A stretch of 25,085 nucleotides of DNA. It comes from a virus (Duplodnaviria > Caudoviricetes). Position numbers and translations under genes: made by a program. The notes under the pieces were generated by a model that saw only the letters and a program-made list of their open reading frames with translations, was not told the origin of the DNA and ran no database searches. The stretch's first letter is position 1, and the number at the start of each line of letters is the position of its first letter. The stretch is taken from IMG/VR virus record IMGVR_UViG_3300035675_000030, positions 1 to 25,085 of that record, one strand, 5' to 3'. Positions 24,907-25,085 of the stretch are shown here, one piece after another.

Positions 24907-25085
24907 ATGAAACATTTATTTAAAAGTCTGGCAGCGTTCCAGCAAGAAGTGAAGGTAATTCACAAAGCAACTCAAGGTTATGGATATTCTTATTCGGATT
25001 TACCAAAGATATTTAGCGAGATTAATCCATTGTTACAAAAACACGGATTAGGCTTTACGCAACTAATTAATTCAAAAGACGGATT
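24907..25085 (+). CDS. ERF-family single-strand annealing protein, 3' truncated
   Basis: MKHLFKSLAAFQQEVKVIHKATQGYGYSYSDLPKIFSEINPLLQKHGLGFTQLI matches the ERF N-terminus. Confidence 0.8.
   Translation, partial: MKHLFKSLAAFQQEVKVIHKATQGYGYSYSDLPKIFSEINPLLQKHGLGFTQLINSKDG

Noticed and set aside
1-25085. CRISPR array, tRNA, integrase/att site, intron/intein, DGR, stop-codon reassignment
   Set aside because: I saw no spaced repeats, cloverleaf, recombinase or reverse transcriptase. Core genes have normal lengths and end at TAA, TGA or TAG under the standard code.

Overview
A 25 kb segment of a tailed dsDNA phage genome, probably a siphovirus. It is AT-rich, every credible gene is on the + strand, and the genetic code is standard. 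The host is probably Bacteroidota/Flavobacteriia, because starts are A-rich without Shine-Dalgarno sites and there are TAnnTTTG-type promoter boxes. Gene order: Cys-motif protein, ParB-like protein, T4 beta-glucosyltransferase-like protein, TerS, TerL, tail assembly chaperone with a -1 frameshift site, tail completion and tip genes, tape measure, prohead protease, scaffold, major capsid, tail tube, portal with C-terminal extension, adaptor, fibre genes, lysis cassette. After a terminator comes an early/replication module: small ORFs, initiator with internal iterons, SF4 helicase, HNH-AP2, NinG, wHTH, ERF. Most notable observations: (1) an orphan BGT-like glycosyltransferase between ParB and the terminase; (2) four copies of ACAA-N14/15-GTTA-N7-ATG, suggesting a phage late promoter that makes leaderless mRNAs; (3) a ~95 nt two-hairpin leader with perfectly complementary 8-nt loops in front of the replication operon; (4) a frameshift locus where both frames stay open for ~90 codons; (5) a shared (V/T)EL motif in head proteins; (6) a lysis-cassette protein ending in an antimicrobial-peptide-like helix. 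All family calls come from motif recognition by eye, not from database searches.
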